Origin: Lama guanicoe | Lineage: Eukaryota | DNA length: 64,000 nucleotides | Direction of reading: 5' to 3' | Assembly (NCBI GenBank): GCA_013239625.1 | Contig: MU056000.1 | Location: forward strand, 8,223,214-8,287,213 | Shown here: in pieces, positions 13,562 to 26,619 of the stretch | Layout: each line of letters starts with the position of its first letter | Position numbering within the stretch: the stretch's first letter is position 1 | Position numbers and translations under genes: made by a program | The notes under the pieces: generated by a model | The model's database searches: none | What the model was told of the DNA's origin: nothing | The model's input: the letters and a program-made list of their open reading frames with translations, nothing else

Positions 13562-15559
13562 TTACTTGTACAATTCATGCAACAACAAAATAGTATGAGA
13601 GTTTAGTATTGTCTTGTATTGCTTTGTTTTATTTTGCAGTGTTTTATTCATTCATTGATAAAAAGATAATGATGCCAACAACTTTTGCTTAAAGCCACCA
13701 GTATGTGCTGGGGCAATTGAGACAAGTTTGATACACATCCTGTATCAGCTCAGCCTAAACCCAGAGGAGAATCACAGGCATTACAAAATAGAAAAGCCAT
13801 TACTCAGCTGTGTTTAATGCCATATGCATACTGCTGGTGATGCTGTCTCCAAACTGAGGCGAATAATTTAAAGTCATTTAAGTCACCAGGGCTGTCCCAT
13901 ATTTGGCAGAAGAAATGACACATCTGCCTTGGAAGACCACACTTTAAATTCAAATCTCAAACAATTCCCACACATAACCCACAATCAGAAGTCTCAAACA
14001 CAAGAGAGAGTAAGTCTTTATGAGCAAGACTAACTAGAAGCAATAAAAAGAAGAATAAAATCCACAAAGATTTGAAGATTGTGGAATTATCGGGTTCAGA
14101 ATATGAAAAAAAAATCTATGGAATATGTTAAAGATACAAAGGGGACTTGGAAATTAAAATTTAGAAGAGATCATCCAATATTCCAAAGCAAATGTGAATA
14201 AGAACAAATTGAACTTAGAGAAATGAAAAAACACAAATTAACATATTAGAAATAGCTTAATAGAACCCTCGCATGCTGCTGATAGTATTAGAAATGGTAC
14301 AGTCACTTTGGGAAACAGTTTGGCATTCTCTTGAAAAGTTAAACACACATCTGCCATATTACCCAGCCATTCTGCATGTAGCTATTTACTCAAATGAGAA
14401 AAAAGTATACTGCCACAAGTCTTTGTTCATAGCAGCTTCACTTGTAAATAGCAAAAACTGCAAACAACCCAGATGCCCCCAACAGATGAATGAACACACC
14501 AGTTGTGGGACATTCATACAACGGAATACTGCTCAGCAACAACAATGAATGAGCTATTAATACCGAAGCAATTAAAAATTAGTAACTCTGTATAACAAAA
14601 CACTTGGCAAATCAGGAATTAAAAGAAGTGATGCTAACTAGATAAAATGAGTCTATTTTTTTTAAAACTGCATTGAACACAGCACCACTCAGCAATTCCA
14701 CTTTTAGCTGGACACCCAAGAGAAATGAAAACATGTGCACACAAAATCTTGTATGTGAATGTTCAGAGCAGCACTGTTAGTAATGTCCACAAAGAGGAAA
14801 CAACCTAAAGATCCAACAACTGAATAATGGATAAAGTCTGTTATGTCCATGCAATTAAATATTATTGGGTAATAAAAAGAAGTGAAATACAGAAATGTGG
14901 TACAACATGGATGAACTCTGAAAACATCACACTACATCAAAGGGCCAATCACAAAAACCCGATCTTGTATGATTCCATTTATATGAAACATCTAGAAAAA
15001 GCAAATCTATACGAAAGGGTATGAAGCTTCTTTTGGGGGTGATGAAAATGTTCGAAAATTGTGGTAATGGTTGTAAAACCTTATGAATATACTAAAAACT
15101 ATTAACTTTTACACTTTAAATGAGTTAATTAAGTGGTATATGAATTATATGTCAATAAAGTTGTAATTTTAAAAACCTGCAGCAGTTCTTATAATGAGAA
15201 AGGAATTCCATTAAATAAAAAAGGTTACCTAGTTTTCCCCCACTTCTTACAGTACAAAAAGAAAACAAAACAAAATGAGAGTTAAAAGATTTTAATAAAA
15301 AAAAATAATAATCCTCACAGATTAGTCACATAAAAACCCTGAAGGAATCTGCAAACAAATTACAGAAGTACTTAAATAGTTTTTAGCAAGTTTGCTTGGT
15401 GTCAGATCAAGACATAAAAATCAACTGCATTCCTATATAAAAAAGAAACTCTTAGCAGATGCACCTTATAAAAGAGATAACATTTCCAAGAGCAATGAAC
15501 ACTCTAAGGAAGCACAAATGAAACACAGAACAGGGCAAAGCCTTTAAGAAGAAGTTCAT

Positions 15560-15700
15560 GGGAGGGAGGATATAGCTCAGTGGTAGAGTTCCTGCTTAGC
15601 ATACTTGATGTCTTGGGTTCAATTCCCAGTATCTCCTCTAACAAATACATAAATAAACCTAATTACCTTCCTCCAAAAATTTTGAAAAATGAAGAAAAAC
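15560..15700 (+). mobile_element. tRNA-derived camelid SINE (Vic-1-like)
   Basis: gggagggaggatatagctcagtggtagag…gggttcaattcccagtatctcc followed by the aaataaacctaattacct tail. Degenerate TSD aagaagaa(gttcat/ctgtat). Confidence 0.85.
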
Positions 15701-16101
15701 AAGAAGAACTGTATAAACAGTAGACAAAATAGACAGCAAGTTCATTAGTAGAAAGACTCAAAATAATAAAGCTGTGATTCTCCGATTTCCCAGAAGTAGA
15801 CCACACATTTGTGAAAAATTGACACATGATACAGATGACATTGTAAGCTGATGGAACAAATGACAATCAGTTATTTACATGAAAAATAAATTGAATCTCT
15901 ACCTTTTCCATGCCAAAAAAAAAAAGAAAAGAAAAGAAAAAAGAAATCAATTACAAAGGAATTAAAGACTTTAATGTAAAAAGGTATAATTTCACAATTA
16001 TTTAAAGAAAATATAGGAGATTGTTTTAATGTTGTTTTACTAGGTAAGATTTCTTAAACAAGACTCCAAAAAGTATGAATCCTAAAGAATACAGACTGAC
16101 T

Positions 16102-16223
16102 GGTGGAGGATATAGCTCAGTGGTAAGAGTTCATGCTTAGCACACACAAGGTCCTGGGTTCAATCCCCAGTACCTCCATTAAAATAAAAAAAAAATTAAA
16201 CAAATAAACATAGTTACCTCCTC

Positions 16224-16279
<56 letters not shown>

Positions 16280-16281
16280 AA
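16102..16281 (+). mobile_element. tRNA-derived camelid SINE (Vic-1-like) with (GAAA)n tail
   Basis: ggatatagctcagtggtaagag…gtcctgggttcaatccccagtacctcc. TSD core acagactga at 16091-16099 and 16282-16290. Confidence 0.88.
16226..16281. repeat. (GAAA)n microsatellite in a SINE tail
   Basis: Perfect tetranucleotide array of ~14 units. Confidence 0.97.
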
Positions 16282-17173
16282 ACAGACTGATCAACTTAAC
16301 AAAAATATAAACCTCTCTGTTCATCAGAGGACACCATAAGAAAGTGAAAAAACCCAAACTGGAAGAACATAGTGGTCAACACATTCAACTAAGATTAGTG
16401 TCTCGATATACTGAGATTTAAAATAACTAAGAAAAAAGGAAAACCACTGATAGAAAAATGTGTGAAAGGCATGAATAGACATTTAATGGAAAAATGAACA
16501 TGAATATCTAGTAAATATGTAAAAAGTTCTATTAGTGCAGAAGTCAGGGAGATGCAAGCTTCAAAGCCACTAGATTTGCAACAATAGCGCCAAAGAACAC
16601 CTGGAAGATAGCAAGTTTTGCTGAGTATATGGTGCAGTGGAGTATTCGTTGCCAACAGGAATTTAAATTTGCACAACGAGGTCTGAAAACTCTTTGGCAT
16701 GATAAAGGAAGTTGAAGATGTTCAAATCCTCAAGGCTGCCAGCACTCCTCTGTGCGTGCCCAAGAGAGACGCGTGTGCATCTGCACCAGGAGTCCCACAT
16801 AACTATGTCCCAAGCCATATGTTTCCAAAAGCAAAACCTGCAAACTCTGCAAATGTTCTTCTCAGGAGAAAGGATAAATGCATTCTGGCAATTTTCACAC
16901 GATGAACTAGGAGGCATCAGTGAAAAAAATGCAAGCACCTGCATCAACATGAATAAATCTGAAAAACATACAGCTGAGTGAAAAAAAGCACGTTGCAAAG
17001 AATATGTAACATAATTACGTAAGAGTCAAAAACAGACCAACCAAATGATATTCTGCATATTTGGAAGTTTACATATAGGAAAATATAAAGAAATCCAAGG
17101 AATGAATAAACACAAAATTCAGTCAAGTGTCCATCTCTGAGACAGTGAGAGAGGCAATTAAAAAAAGGCAGAG

Positions 17174-17307
17174 GAGGGGAGGGTAGAGCTCAGTGGTAGA
17201 GCACGTGCTCAGCATGCATGAGGTCCTGGGTTCAGTTCGCAGCACCTCCATTAAAAGAAACAAATAAATAAACCTAATTACCTCCCCCCCAGATCAAAGA
17301 ATAAAAG
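17174..17307 (+). mobile_element. tRNA-derived camelid SINE (Vic-1-like)
   Basis: ggggagggtagagctcagtggtagagcacgtgctcagcatgcatgaggtcctgggttc…. TSD aaaggcagag at 17164-17173 and 17308-17317. Confidence 0.88.
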
Positions 17308-17588
17308 AAAGGCAGAGAAGTGTCTCCAACAACCATTGGTCAAACTCTATTTCCTCAGCAGAGCTGTGGCATTTTTGAAACCATGCATATAAATGTATCA
17401 CATATTCTCCACTGTACAAATCACATATTTCACTATACTCTGTACACCACTGTCTTAAAATATAAGATTTATTTTTGAAAATTGTTTGTATAGCATAATC
17501 TCAAAAAATTCTCTTCATAACTAAAGCCCTATGAATAATGATAATATTTAAAAATTAAGCTATCACTCCATTTTAAAAGAATTTTTTA

Positions 17589-18140
17589 AATATTTTTTAT
17601 TGAGTTATAGTCATTTTACAATGTTGTGTCAAATTCCAGTGTAGAGCACAATTTTTCAGTTATACATAAACACATATACATTCATTGTCACATCCTCTTT
17701 CACTGTGAGCCACCACAAGATCCTGTATATATTTCCCTGTGCTACAGAGTACAATCTTGTTTATCTATTCTACATTTTGAATTCCCAGTCTGTCCCTTCC
17801 CCCCCCCCGTCCCCTTGGCAACCACAAAATTGTATTCTATGTCCATGAGTCTGTTTCTGTTTTGTATTTATTTATTTTAAAAAATTTTCTTTTAGATTCC
17901 ACATATGAGNNNNNNNNNNNNNNNNTATGGTATTTTTCTTTCTCTTTCTGGCTTACTTCACTTAGAATGACATTCTCTAGGAGCATCGCATCCATGTCAA
18001 ATGGCGTTATGTTGTCGGTTTTTATGGCTGAGTAGTATTCCATTGTATAAATATACCACATCTTCTTTATCCAGTCACCTATTGATGGACATTTAGGCTG
18101 TTTCTATGTTTTGGCTATTGTAAATACTGCTGCTATGAAC
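17589..18140 (-). mobile_element. Young 5'-truncated LINE-1, same family as the 38.8-40.4 kb copy, sense to CTNND2
   Basis: ORF2 C-terminus MWYIYTMEYYSAIKTDNITPF…LENVILSEVSQKEKEK. The 3'UTR closely matches 40100-40410. 20-bp TSD cattttaa(a/t)agaatttttta at 17569-17588 and 18141-18160. Confidence 0.93.
17910..17925. other. Assembly gap (16 N)
   Basis: Run of n in the sequence. Confidence 1.
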
Positions 18141-21100
18141 CATTTTAATAGAATTTTTTATTTGGGCATCTTATATTATCATTGTATTCAATTAGCATCT
18201 CAGAGTTCTATTTGATTGTGTACTTTTCTGACTTAAAGTGAAAGAATTCTCCCTGGGAATAATGATGCAAGTTAACTCTTTTTTGAAAAATGATGAATCC
18301 AATCCCCTGGCAGAAATACTGCCAGTTCCTTTATATCTTACTTCTGAAAATTCACTTATTTTTAAGTTTTTAATATTTGTTTAAACATTTTCAAATATTA
18401 TACGGAAGCTTTATTTCTTCATTAGTTTATTTTTCCTTTGTTCTGATTCCATGAGTTGCACAAGAAACTAAGTTCTGATTAGTTTAGCCCCTCTGGAATG
18501 CTGTTCATTAGCTAAATATAATAAGTGTTCGAAACGGTCAGGTTGAAGCTTAAAATACACCTCTGTACCATCCCAAAGGGCAGTTTAAATAGAATCGAGC
18601 TAATTTAATTCTTGAATTTCACTCTTGCGTCTGCTGTGTTATCTTAGTGTTAAGTGGTTGACCACACACATGAAGGATGGCTTGATAGACATTTTGTTAT
18701 AGACTCGAAGGAGAGCAGGTTTAACCAGAGAAAGAACTTGTTATTATCTTTACTAAGTAAAATAAGATCCCCAAGACAGCATGCAGACCCGGTCCCTTGA
18801 GGGCAGGCAATTTACTTTCCTCATCCAGAGCTGGACTCCCAGTGTCTATTACACTGTGTGACACATAGTAGAGCCATGATTTATATGTGCTGAACGAAGA
18901 AATGAATGAATAGATGGATGAGATCTTGTACACCTTCCTGTCATAACAGAGGACTTTACAAACCCACGTTCTTAGAGATTTGTCCTTGTTTTACTGACCC
19001 TAGCAACCTACTCACATGACTGTGAGCAATGCTTCTCTGAATTAGGAACCAGTTAGGAAGACTCAGCTTTTAGACCCAAGTCCCAGAGGGATGTTATTAA
19101 GTTCCATAATCCCTCAAAGATCCCAAAAGGCTTTAAAAGGATGCTAACAAATCCAGTGTTTCGGTAACACTGAAGAATTTCTCTATTCCGGTCTTCAACT
19201 CTTTCTTAAAATTCTTTTCTACTACCAGGTTACAAAGGCATTTAATGAAGCTTAGTAATAATAGTAGAACACAGACACTCAAAATTACAGTGACCTTGAA
19301 CAACCGTCAATCTGAGGCAGGTACAATTTTATGGTGATGAGACTGTCTCAAACAGTGTGATGTTTCAGTGCAGCGTGGCTGTATTATTGCATATATATTA
19401 CTCACGCATTAATTTAAGAACATCACCACACTGTGGTGTCCCTAGCAGAGGATGGTGACAGAATACTCAGTCTTCAGCTAATTTTTGTAACATTGCAAGC
19501 ACTCAGTAAATAAAGCAAAAAGAAGGAAAAGTATAAATAAATAATATTGCTCTACAAAGAGGAGGGTATTTCCTACCTACTCATGCATGTGACAAGTGAG
19601 TCGTAAGTATAATTTATCAAGATTAACTAACTAAGAGGACCAGCCACATATATCGAATATTTTCTCAGTGACAAACACTGCCGTTTGTTTTAAACACTTT
19701 TTCACATTTGATCCTTATAGCAAACATCTCAGATAAGTATGATTCTCCCCAGTCTACAGATAGCGAAATGGAGTTTTTAAAGAACTAGGCTATTTCCCAA
19801 CACCATGCAATCAGGAAAATACAAAGCTGAGATTCAAGTCCAAAACTTACCGGTTCCAAACTCCATTGCCTTAAACACCACTGTGCCACCTCCTAATATT
19901 AGAGCATCAATATCTGTTGGGTATTTATGACATGACAGGAGATACCTGAGTCCCAAAAGACAGAATGAAGCTCTTTACCTTAAATGAGGAGTGTCGAAAT
20001 GACGATTCTCAACAGGTGGAGACCATCACATTAGAGAGAGAAGGTTAATTGCTAAATTTGGAGTAAAGCATGCAGTCACTTCCTTGGACAGATCTTTTCA
20101 ATAAAATCTTGCTGACAGTTACATTCTCAAGTAAGTGCCTGAGACTAAGCAACAATGTGTGACAATTTTTAAACTTCCTTCAGCTCTGGAGGTACTAAAC
20201 AAACAGATGTTTCAGAAGACTGGGGCTTATGAATTCCACTTTACTGTCAACAAATTAGGCAACATCTTTGCTGCCTGCTGCTAACGCAGCAAACTCTTAA
20301 ATTTAAAATTCTATGATAGTTTCTCCTTGGTAAAAGGGAATTAGCATACATTCACATACCATGAAATAAAAACAGCAAGGGTTTCTTGTTGAAAATAGGC
20401 AATGCTCGTGGTAAAGCTAAGCTCACAGTGTTGGCGTAGCCTACCACATTTGAAGTTTAAAAAAAATTAGTAATTTTGCAATCCTACTGTGTCTCCTTTG
20501 ACACAAGTGAGTCCCCAGACCTTCCCAACACTGACTCTGAAATGCTCCAGGTGCTCACAACCTTGGTTTAAGCGTTATGACCCATCTCCTGCACTGAGGC
20601 TGCCATCTCTAACTTATGTGGCTGTCACCGGCCCCCACGTGCTTCAGTCCATTCTCCATGCTGCTGGCAGGACCAATGCTTCCTTCCAGGACATCACTTC
20701 CTTGGGTAAAACTGTCTTCCATGCTCTGTTGCCCACTCAGTGAAACCCCGAACCTCTAGCCTGACCAATATGGCCGCTCACAGAATGGTCATGCCTGTCT
20801 GCCCCCTTACCCAACGCCAGTCCACCTATGGGCTCACTATGCCAACCACACTGGTGTCAAATTCACTCCTGTCTTTCTGACTTCGTACTTTCTGAGCAGT
20901 GCCTTGGTTCCATTTATTTCCCTGCGAGTGTTTGACATCCCTGACACATAAATGTCCCTCTGTGAAACTGTCCCTGGTACTGCTTCCCATTGTCTCACGG
21001 CACCGACACATTTTACCACATTTGGCCTGCTTATGGGCCTCTGTCTGCATTTGGTGGTAAATCCCCGGAGACCAGGAGCTGCATCATAGTCACCTGTGAT

Positions 21101-23113
21101 GCACAAGGGGCACCACTAACATGCTGGGCCCTCTGAGACGTTCACAAGCAGTTTTTTTTTAATGCAACCCATGATAATTTCTTAAAAGTTCCAGCCCACC
21201 TCGTCTCTCAGTGTGAAAATCTCTGTTCCAGCTCCCTATCTTCTCCCCAATTTTTATCCAATCAAGAAAACACCCAGACCATTTGAGGTGGTATACAATA
21301 TATTTACAAATTTCTTTCTGACTGCGTTTTCCCAAAATATAAAGTCCATCCCATGACCTAACTGGAGATTCCTATATTGAAAAAAAGCTATGCACATGAA
21401 CATGCACACATCTATCTGCCCTCCTCTGCAGCACCAAATCTATGTGGTAACATCTTGCTAGTCTTATTATTTAATTACTTAGATCTGTTATTCAAGTTCA
21501 AGTAATGTCTCCTTATTAAAATATTCACACAGGCTCATGGCCTGTCATGAAAGGTCTGAATAAGAGGAAGAGCACAGAGTGGGAGAGTGAGGGCTGGGAC
21601 AGACCCAGGTGCTCACTGTCTCCTATTTTGCAGGTGAGGAAACGGAGGCCCAGAAAACCCAAATGATTTGTCCCAAGTCACAGCTTGAGTATTTGGTGCC
21701 AAGACCAGGATCTTCCTGCTCTGCCCCAATTGTCTTTCCATCTTAATAATTTGAACACACACGGTTCACGGTGTTCAGGGAGCCACTGTCATCCAGTGTT
21801 GACACTGAAGTTCTTTCTTCTTAACTGGGTCAAACGCTCATTGCGTTTTTTTGTCAGCTGAAATATCACTGGTTTCCAATCGTCTGTCATGAGCATAAAT
21901 AAACATAAATTTAAATAACTTAGTAAAAGCTTTCGGCCCCTTGGCATCTGAGCGACAGCAGAATGGACATGAAGGACACACAAATGCCTTCATCAACAGA
22001 CACTCCTACTTCTCATCCCAGGTACATGTTTAGACATCCAGGGAGACTAGTGAACAAGCATTTTGGTCAATGCATTCATCTTTTGAGCTCCCTGACTGAA
22101 AAACATCTATTCAAAGAGTCACTGGCTTCTATACCTTAATTTACTGAGCATTTCCTGTCATTCGTATGTTATCCCTGCATTATTTATTGCTCTTCTTTTG
22201 ACAACTACACGGTATCAAAAGTTCCACCTCCAGCTCCAGCTCTGGATCCAGAGACACATTCAGCTGTGCCCTATGAAGGGGAAACTGACTCAAGCTTTCT
22301 TCCACTTCATCGTGTCAATTTCTGTGCCATTGTTTAGTCTGTGTTATGAAAGAGGCAAATATGGTGCCATCCTGGTATGCCGTTTTAGCCCCTGGTGAGA
22401 GAAACCATTTTATAATCTTTTGTAGGAAAATTAGGAAGGAGATTTCAACAAAAAGATTATCTGTATGTTCATCAAGAGCAAAAAATATATACGATTCACT
22501 CATCACAGTACGCAAGATGGTGTGTGAGATGTTTTACTTACATTTCTCATCTATTCCTTTACAAAATTACTGAAGAGCATTATCACCATTTGTGCAGATG
22601 AGAAAAATGAAATTCAGAGAAATTAGCAAAGCTAGGCAATACCATAAAAACATAATGACGAAATTTAGCTCCAGTTTACGAAGCTACAAACTTCACCTTT
22701 CAAATCTATGAGTTAAAAAAAAAATGTTGTAAGGATGAAAGAAAACATGAAGAATCTTCCAGACTAATTAAACTTATGAAGAGTTTCAGTTTTCTACCAA
22801 TTGGAGTATTAAATTTCAAAACATATTAGAATTAGTTCTCCTTAAAAATCTATTTTATAATGTAAAACCTCTAAATAAAATTTGGTATATTAATTATTTT
22901 TAAACGTAAAATTAGTGTTAGTTTTTTGATATATCACTTTGGAAAGAAGTTAGGCTTCAAATTTGATACAAAAGTGTTGATATAGTAGTTGACCTAAGAC
23001 ATATATCAGATAATTATAAGTTAAATATTCAACCTTTTTTTGGGACCTACATAAAATCCTCAGGACAGTTGACGATTTGTTATCCCACAGAAATCTAGAA
23101 CAATGTGTTTCAC

Positions 23114-23455
23114 TGTGCGTAGAATGAATGTTTGTGCCCCCCCAGATTCATGTTATACAGTGAAATCTAATTCTTAATGTGATGGGACTGAGAGAGGAGG
23201 CCTTTGGGAGGTGACGTCATGAGGAGGGATTAGTGCCTTCATAAAGGAGACTCTGAAGATTTCCCTTGTCCCTTCCACTATGTGAAGACACAGCACAAAG
23301 ACCAGGAACCAAGAAGCAGGCTCTCACCAACCACTGAATTTGTTTGTGCCTCGACCATGGACATCCCAGCCTCCAGAAATGTGAGAAAACTTTATGTTGT
23401 CTATAAGCCACCCAGTCTATGGCATTCTTTTATAGCAGCCCAAACAAACTGAGAT
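23114..23455 (+). mobile_element. MaLR LTR (MLT1A-like)
   Basis: gaatgtttgtgcccccccagattcatg…ggcctttgggaggtga…ccagcctccagaaatgtgaga…taagccacccagtctatggcattc…tatagcagccc. Confidence 0.85.
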
Positions 23456-23849
23456 GTGATAAATAGTATTTTAGATGTAAGCATTAGTAATTATAATTTG
23501 TCCATCGGGAATTTGCAAGAGAATACTAAACAGTTACTCTGGACGCATTTAAAAGCAAGGATATCATATTCTATTAACACTCTTTACCTCATTTGTGTAA
23601 GAATAAAATCAGAAACAGATGAAGAATTTCAAAATAGCTATAATCATTGTGGGGTGGGGAGGGAGAAGGAAGAAACAGAAAATCAGTCCAAAAATATTTG
23701 TATCCTTAGGGTGAAAAGGGACTGGAGACATTCAGATGGTAATTTACAACCTAATTCAAGACACTATTTAAGACTGAATAGCAGCATTATAGCAAGGTAT
23801 TTTAAATATATACTTGGGGAGTAAAGATGCCTGGGTCCAAAAGTCAATG

Positions 23850-24130
23850 TCTGGTATGATATCGTTATATGCGGAGTCTAAAAAATATGACAAATTAGTG
23901 AATATAACATTAAAGAAGTAGACTCAAAGATATAGAGTACAAACTAGTGGTTCCCAGTGGGGGGGGGCAATATAGAGGTGGGGCAGGGCGTGTAAGTGTT
24001 GGGTGTAAGACAGAGTCAAGGATATGTTGATATGTTATATAACACAGCAAATACAGCCAATATTTTTTTTAATAACTGTGAATGGAAATTTTAAAAATTA
24101 AAAAAATTACAAATCCAATAAAAAAAAAAT
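23850..24130 (+). mobile_element. LINE-1 3' end fragment
   Basis: gtatgatatcgttatatgcggagtctaaaaa…gactcaaagatatagagtacaaactagtggtt…atacagccaatattt…, ending in an A tail. Confidence 0.75.
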
Positions 24131-26029
24131 CAGTGCTGGACCCTGGGAAAGTGAATTTCTCATTCTGAATCTCCGTGTTCTCATCTACAAAATGAAATAC
24201 CAGTAAGATTTACTAACTCATTGGGTTAACTGGGGGTAAATGGCATGATCTGTATAAACCAATTAATACTGCGCTCAGCCTATGAAAACTGCTCCATAAA
24301 CACTACCATTATTATTGTGAAAACTATCACTGTTATTACTACTATTACCACTATTATCACCATCTTAAGATCAGAGTGAAAGTATGAGACTAGATCAGCC
24401 ACAGTTCCACACCACAGAGTACATCAAACCAACAGGCCCTGGATTCCAGGGTACGATTTTAACATGGAAACTGACTAGAATGAATACTGAAATGTAATAT
24501 CCTGATCAGGCAAGATCAGACTAATATATAACATTTGATATGTAATATATATTATATATATAAATAATAGATTCTGGGATGTATAAAGATGAAACTATGT
24601 ATAGATTAGTAAGACTGGTGATTTTGCTAAAAAATAGCAATGAGAAAAGAAGAGCAATATTGTATACTTATTCATCATTTATCCAACCAGCACTGACCGA
24701 ACAGTTACCGTGGGCTGGCCGCTGCTGCGTCATATACTCCAAGGCTCTGCCCTTGGGGAATGGCTTAGAGACCAGGGGACAAAACCGAGGAGACACAGTA
24801 GGAACTGTCTACTGGCTGAGAAAGCTCATGAAGCCTCAGTGTAGGGGAGGAAGAGGCAGCAGCTTTAGTTCATGTTTTTGAAATAAAAACTACACTAATG
24901 AAAAAATTAGGTTCTTAAAAATTAAAAGTTATTCTAAAGCTATCTTTTTTGTCTTTCAATGACAAATACATATTCACTGGTGGTAAGGATCTAGAATCTT
25001 ACGACTTTGAGTGATTTTTACCTTTGGCCAAATGACTGTTTAGGAATGTGTGTATGTGTAGAAATATCTATCCACATAACTTTTAAAACTTCATTTTAAA
25101 AAATTTAAGTAAGCATTTAATATTGTCTGGTTTCCAAATTAAAATATTTTGGCAAATTTCTTCCTTCTTTATTTAAAAAGAATAAATGTAACTATCTAGT
25201 TATTTCAGTATCATATCTTGAAGGATAATGAAAAATGCACACTATGTCTTACTTTGGGAAACAATTATATTCGTGTATGACTTATTTCCTTAAGAAAATT
25301 CACTGATTATGCTGACTTACGCTGTATTTAAATAAATACATTTCATTCTGACAAAAAGTACCTAACCACTTAAGTTTCTTCACTACTAATTTAACCAGGT
25401 CAGCATTTTCTCAAAAATAAACCGGACTTCTTCGTAGGTATGGAAAAGATTTTCAAACCCTTTTTACAGAACTGTTGGCATCTGGGCTCACAGAAGTTAG
25501 TTAATAAAGAGAATGACCTTTGATAACATTTATAACATTAATTCCTCTTGTATTCCACTCTCTAAAATATGGCAGGCTTTTGAGGAAACTTGTTTGGAAG
25601 AAATTCAATAGTTCATCTGGTGGAAAGAAAAGGGCATCTTTTTCTGTGGAGCAAGCAATTCTATATATATATATATATTACATTTTGTCTTTTTAAATAT
25701 ATAGATAACTCCAATCAGGTCTTGGGTATCTATATCATAAAAAAGGCAAAGCTAAAGATGACCCCTTCCGTTGTCCTTACTCTATAGTAAATAACGACCC
25801 CCCTCCAAATCCAGATCCCTCTATTTCTTAGAATCAAAGTTACAGATCATTTTAATATGTGAATCCAAATGAATGCATTTAAGATGCATGAAAAATAAAA
25901 TTGGCTACAGACATTAAACTCTTAAATGGAATACAGATGGTCACAGAGTAAAATTTATTTCCTCTAAAAACTTTTCAGCTTGTTATAATATATATCAAAT
26001 ACAACCAGTTGAAAAGCACTGTATTCACT

Positions 26030-26450
26030 TTCCATTACTGCAGAACTAATTACCACCAACAGAATAGTTTAGAACAACATACAGTTTTTTTTAGCTAACA
26101 GTTTTCTAAGTTTTGGCACGTTCAGGCGTGGCACGCTTGGGTTCTCTGTTCAGGGTCCTACAAGGTTACTGTCATTGTTTCTGCTGGGCTACTCTCCTTT
26201 CTGGAGGTTCCGGGGAATAAAGTGCTCCCAAGTTCACTCCAACTATTTGTGAGCTGAATTAAACTCCCTTTGGTCCTAAGACTGAGATCCTTGCTGGCTG
26301 TCAGCTGGGGATTGCTCTCAGTATCTAGAAGCTATATGCATTGCTAGCCACATCTTTAGCTTCATCTTTAAGCCACCAAAGAAGAATTTATCATGTATCG
26401 AATCTCTCTGCTTTGAATCTTTGACATCCTTTGTCTCTGAGCTTTAGACC
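26030..26450 (-). mobile_element. MaLR LTR (MLT1-like)
   Basis: aattaccacc…tttagaacaaca…tgggttctctgttcagggtcctacaagg…ctggaggttccggggaa…ttgctggctgtcagctgggg. Confidence 0.65.
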
Positions 26451-26458
26451 ATTGTCAT

Positions 26459-26460
<2 letters not shown>

Positions 26461-26504
<44 letters not shown>
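26461..26504. repeat. (ATC)14 microsatellite
   Basis: Perfect trinucleotide array. Confidence 0.97.
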
Positions 26505-26619
26505 GTCTTCCAAGAGTCAGGTCTCCTTTAGGAAGAGTTCATAAGATAGGTCCAGCTGTTATTTGAATTCAATTTCTCTCTCATTATATTCCTGTTGCCC
26601 ATGAAGATCAAGGATATAA

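Larger units (their letters stand above)
13900..17150 (+). mobile_element. Composite of old L1M (L1MB/MC/ME-like) fragments, interrupted by two SINEs
   Basis: L1 3' motifs at 14270-14550 and 14690-15170 (…aaaacatgtgcacacaaaatcttgtatgtgaatgttc…), and degenerate ORF2-like A-rich tracts at 15300-17100. Confidence 0.7.

Noticed and set aside
15560..17250. tRNA-like sequences with A/B boxes
   Set aside because: Each has a SINE body, A-rich tail and TSD, with degenerate cloverleaf arms, so these are SINEs rather than tRNA genes.
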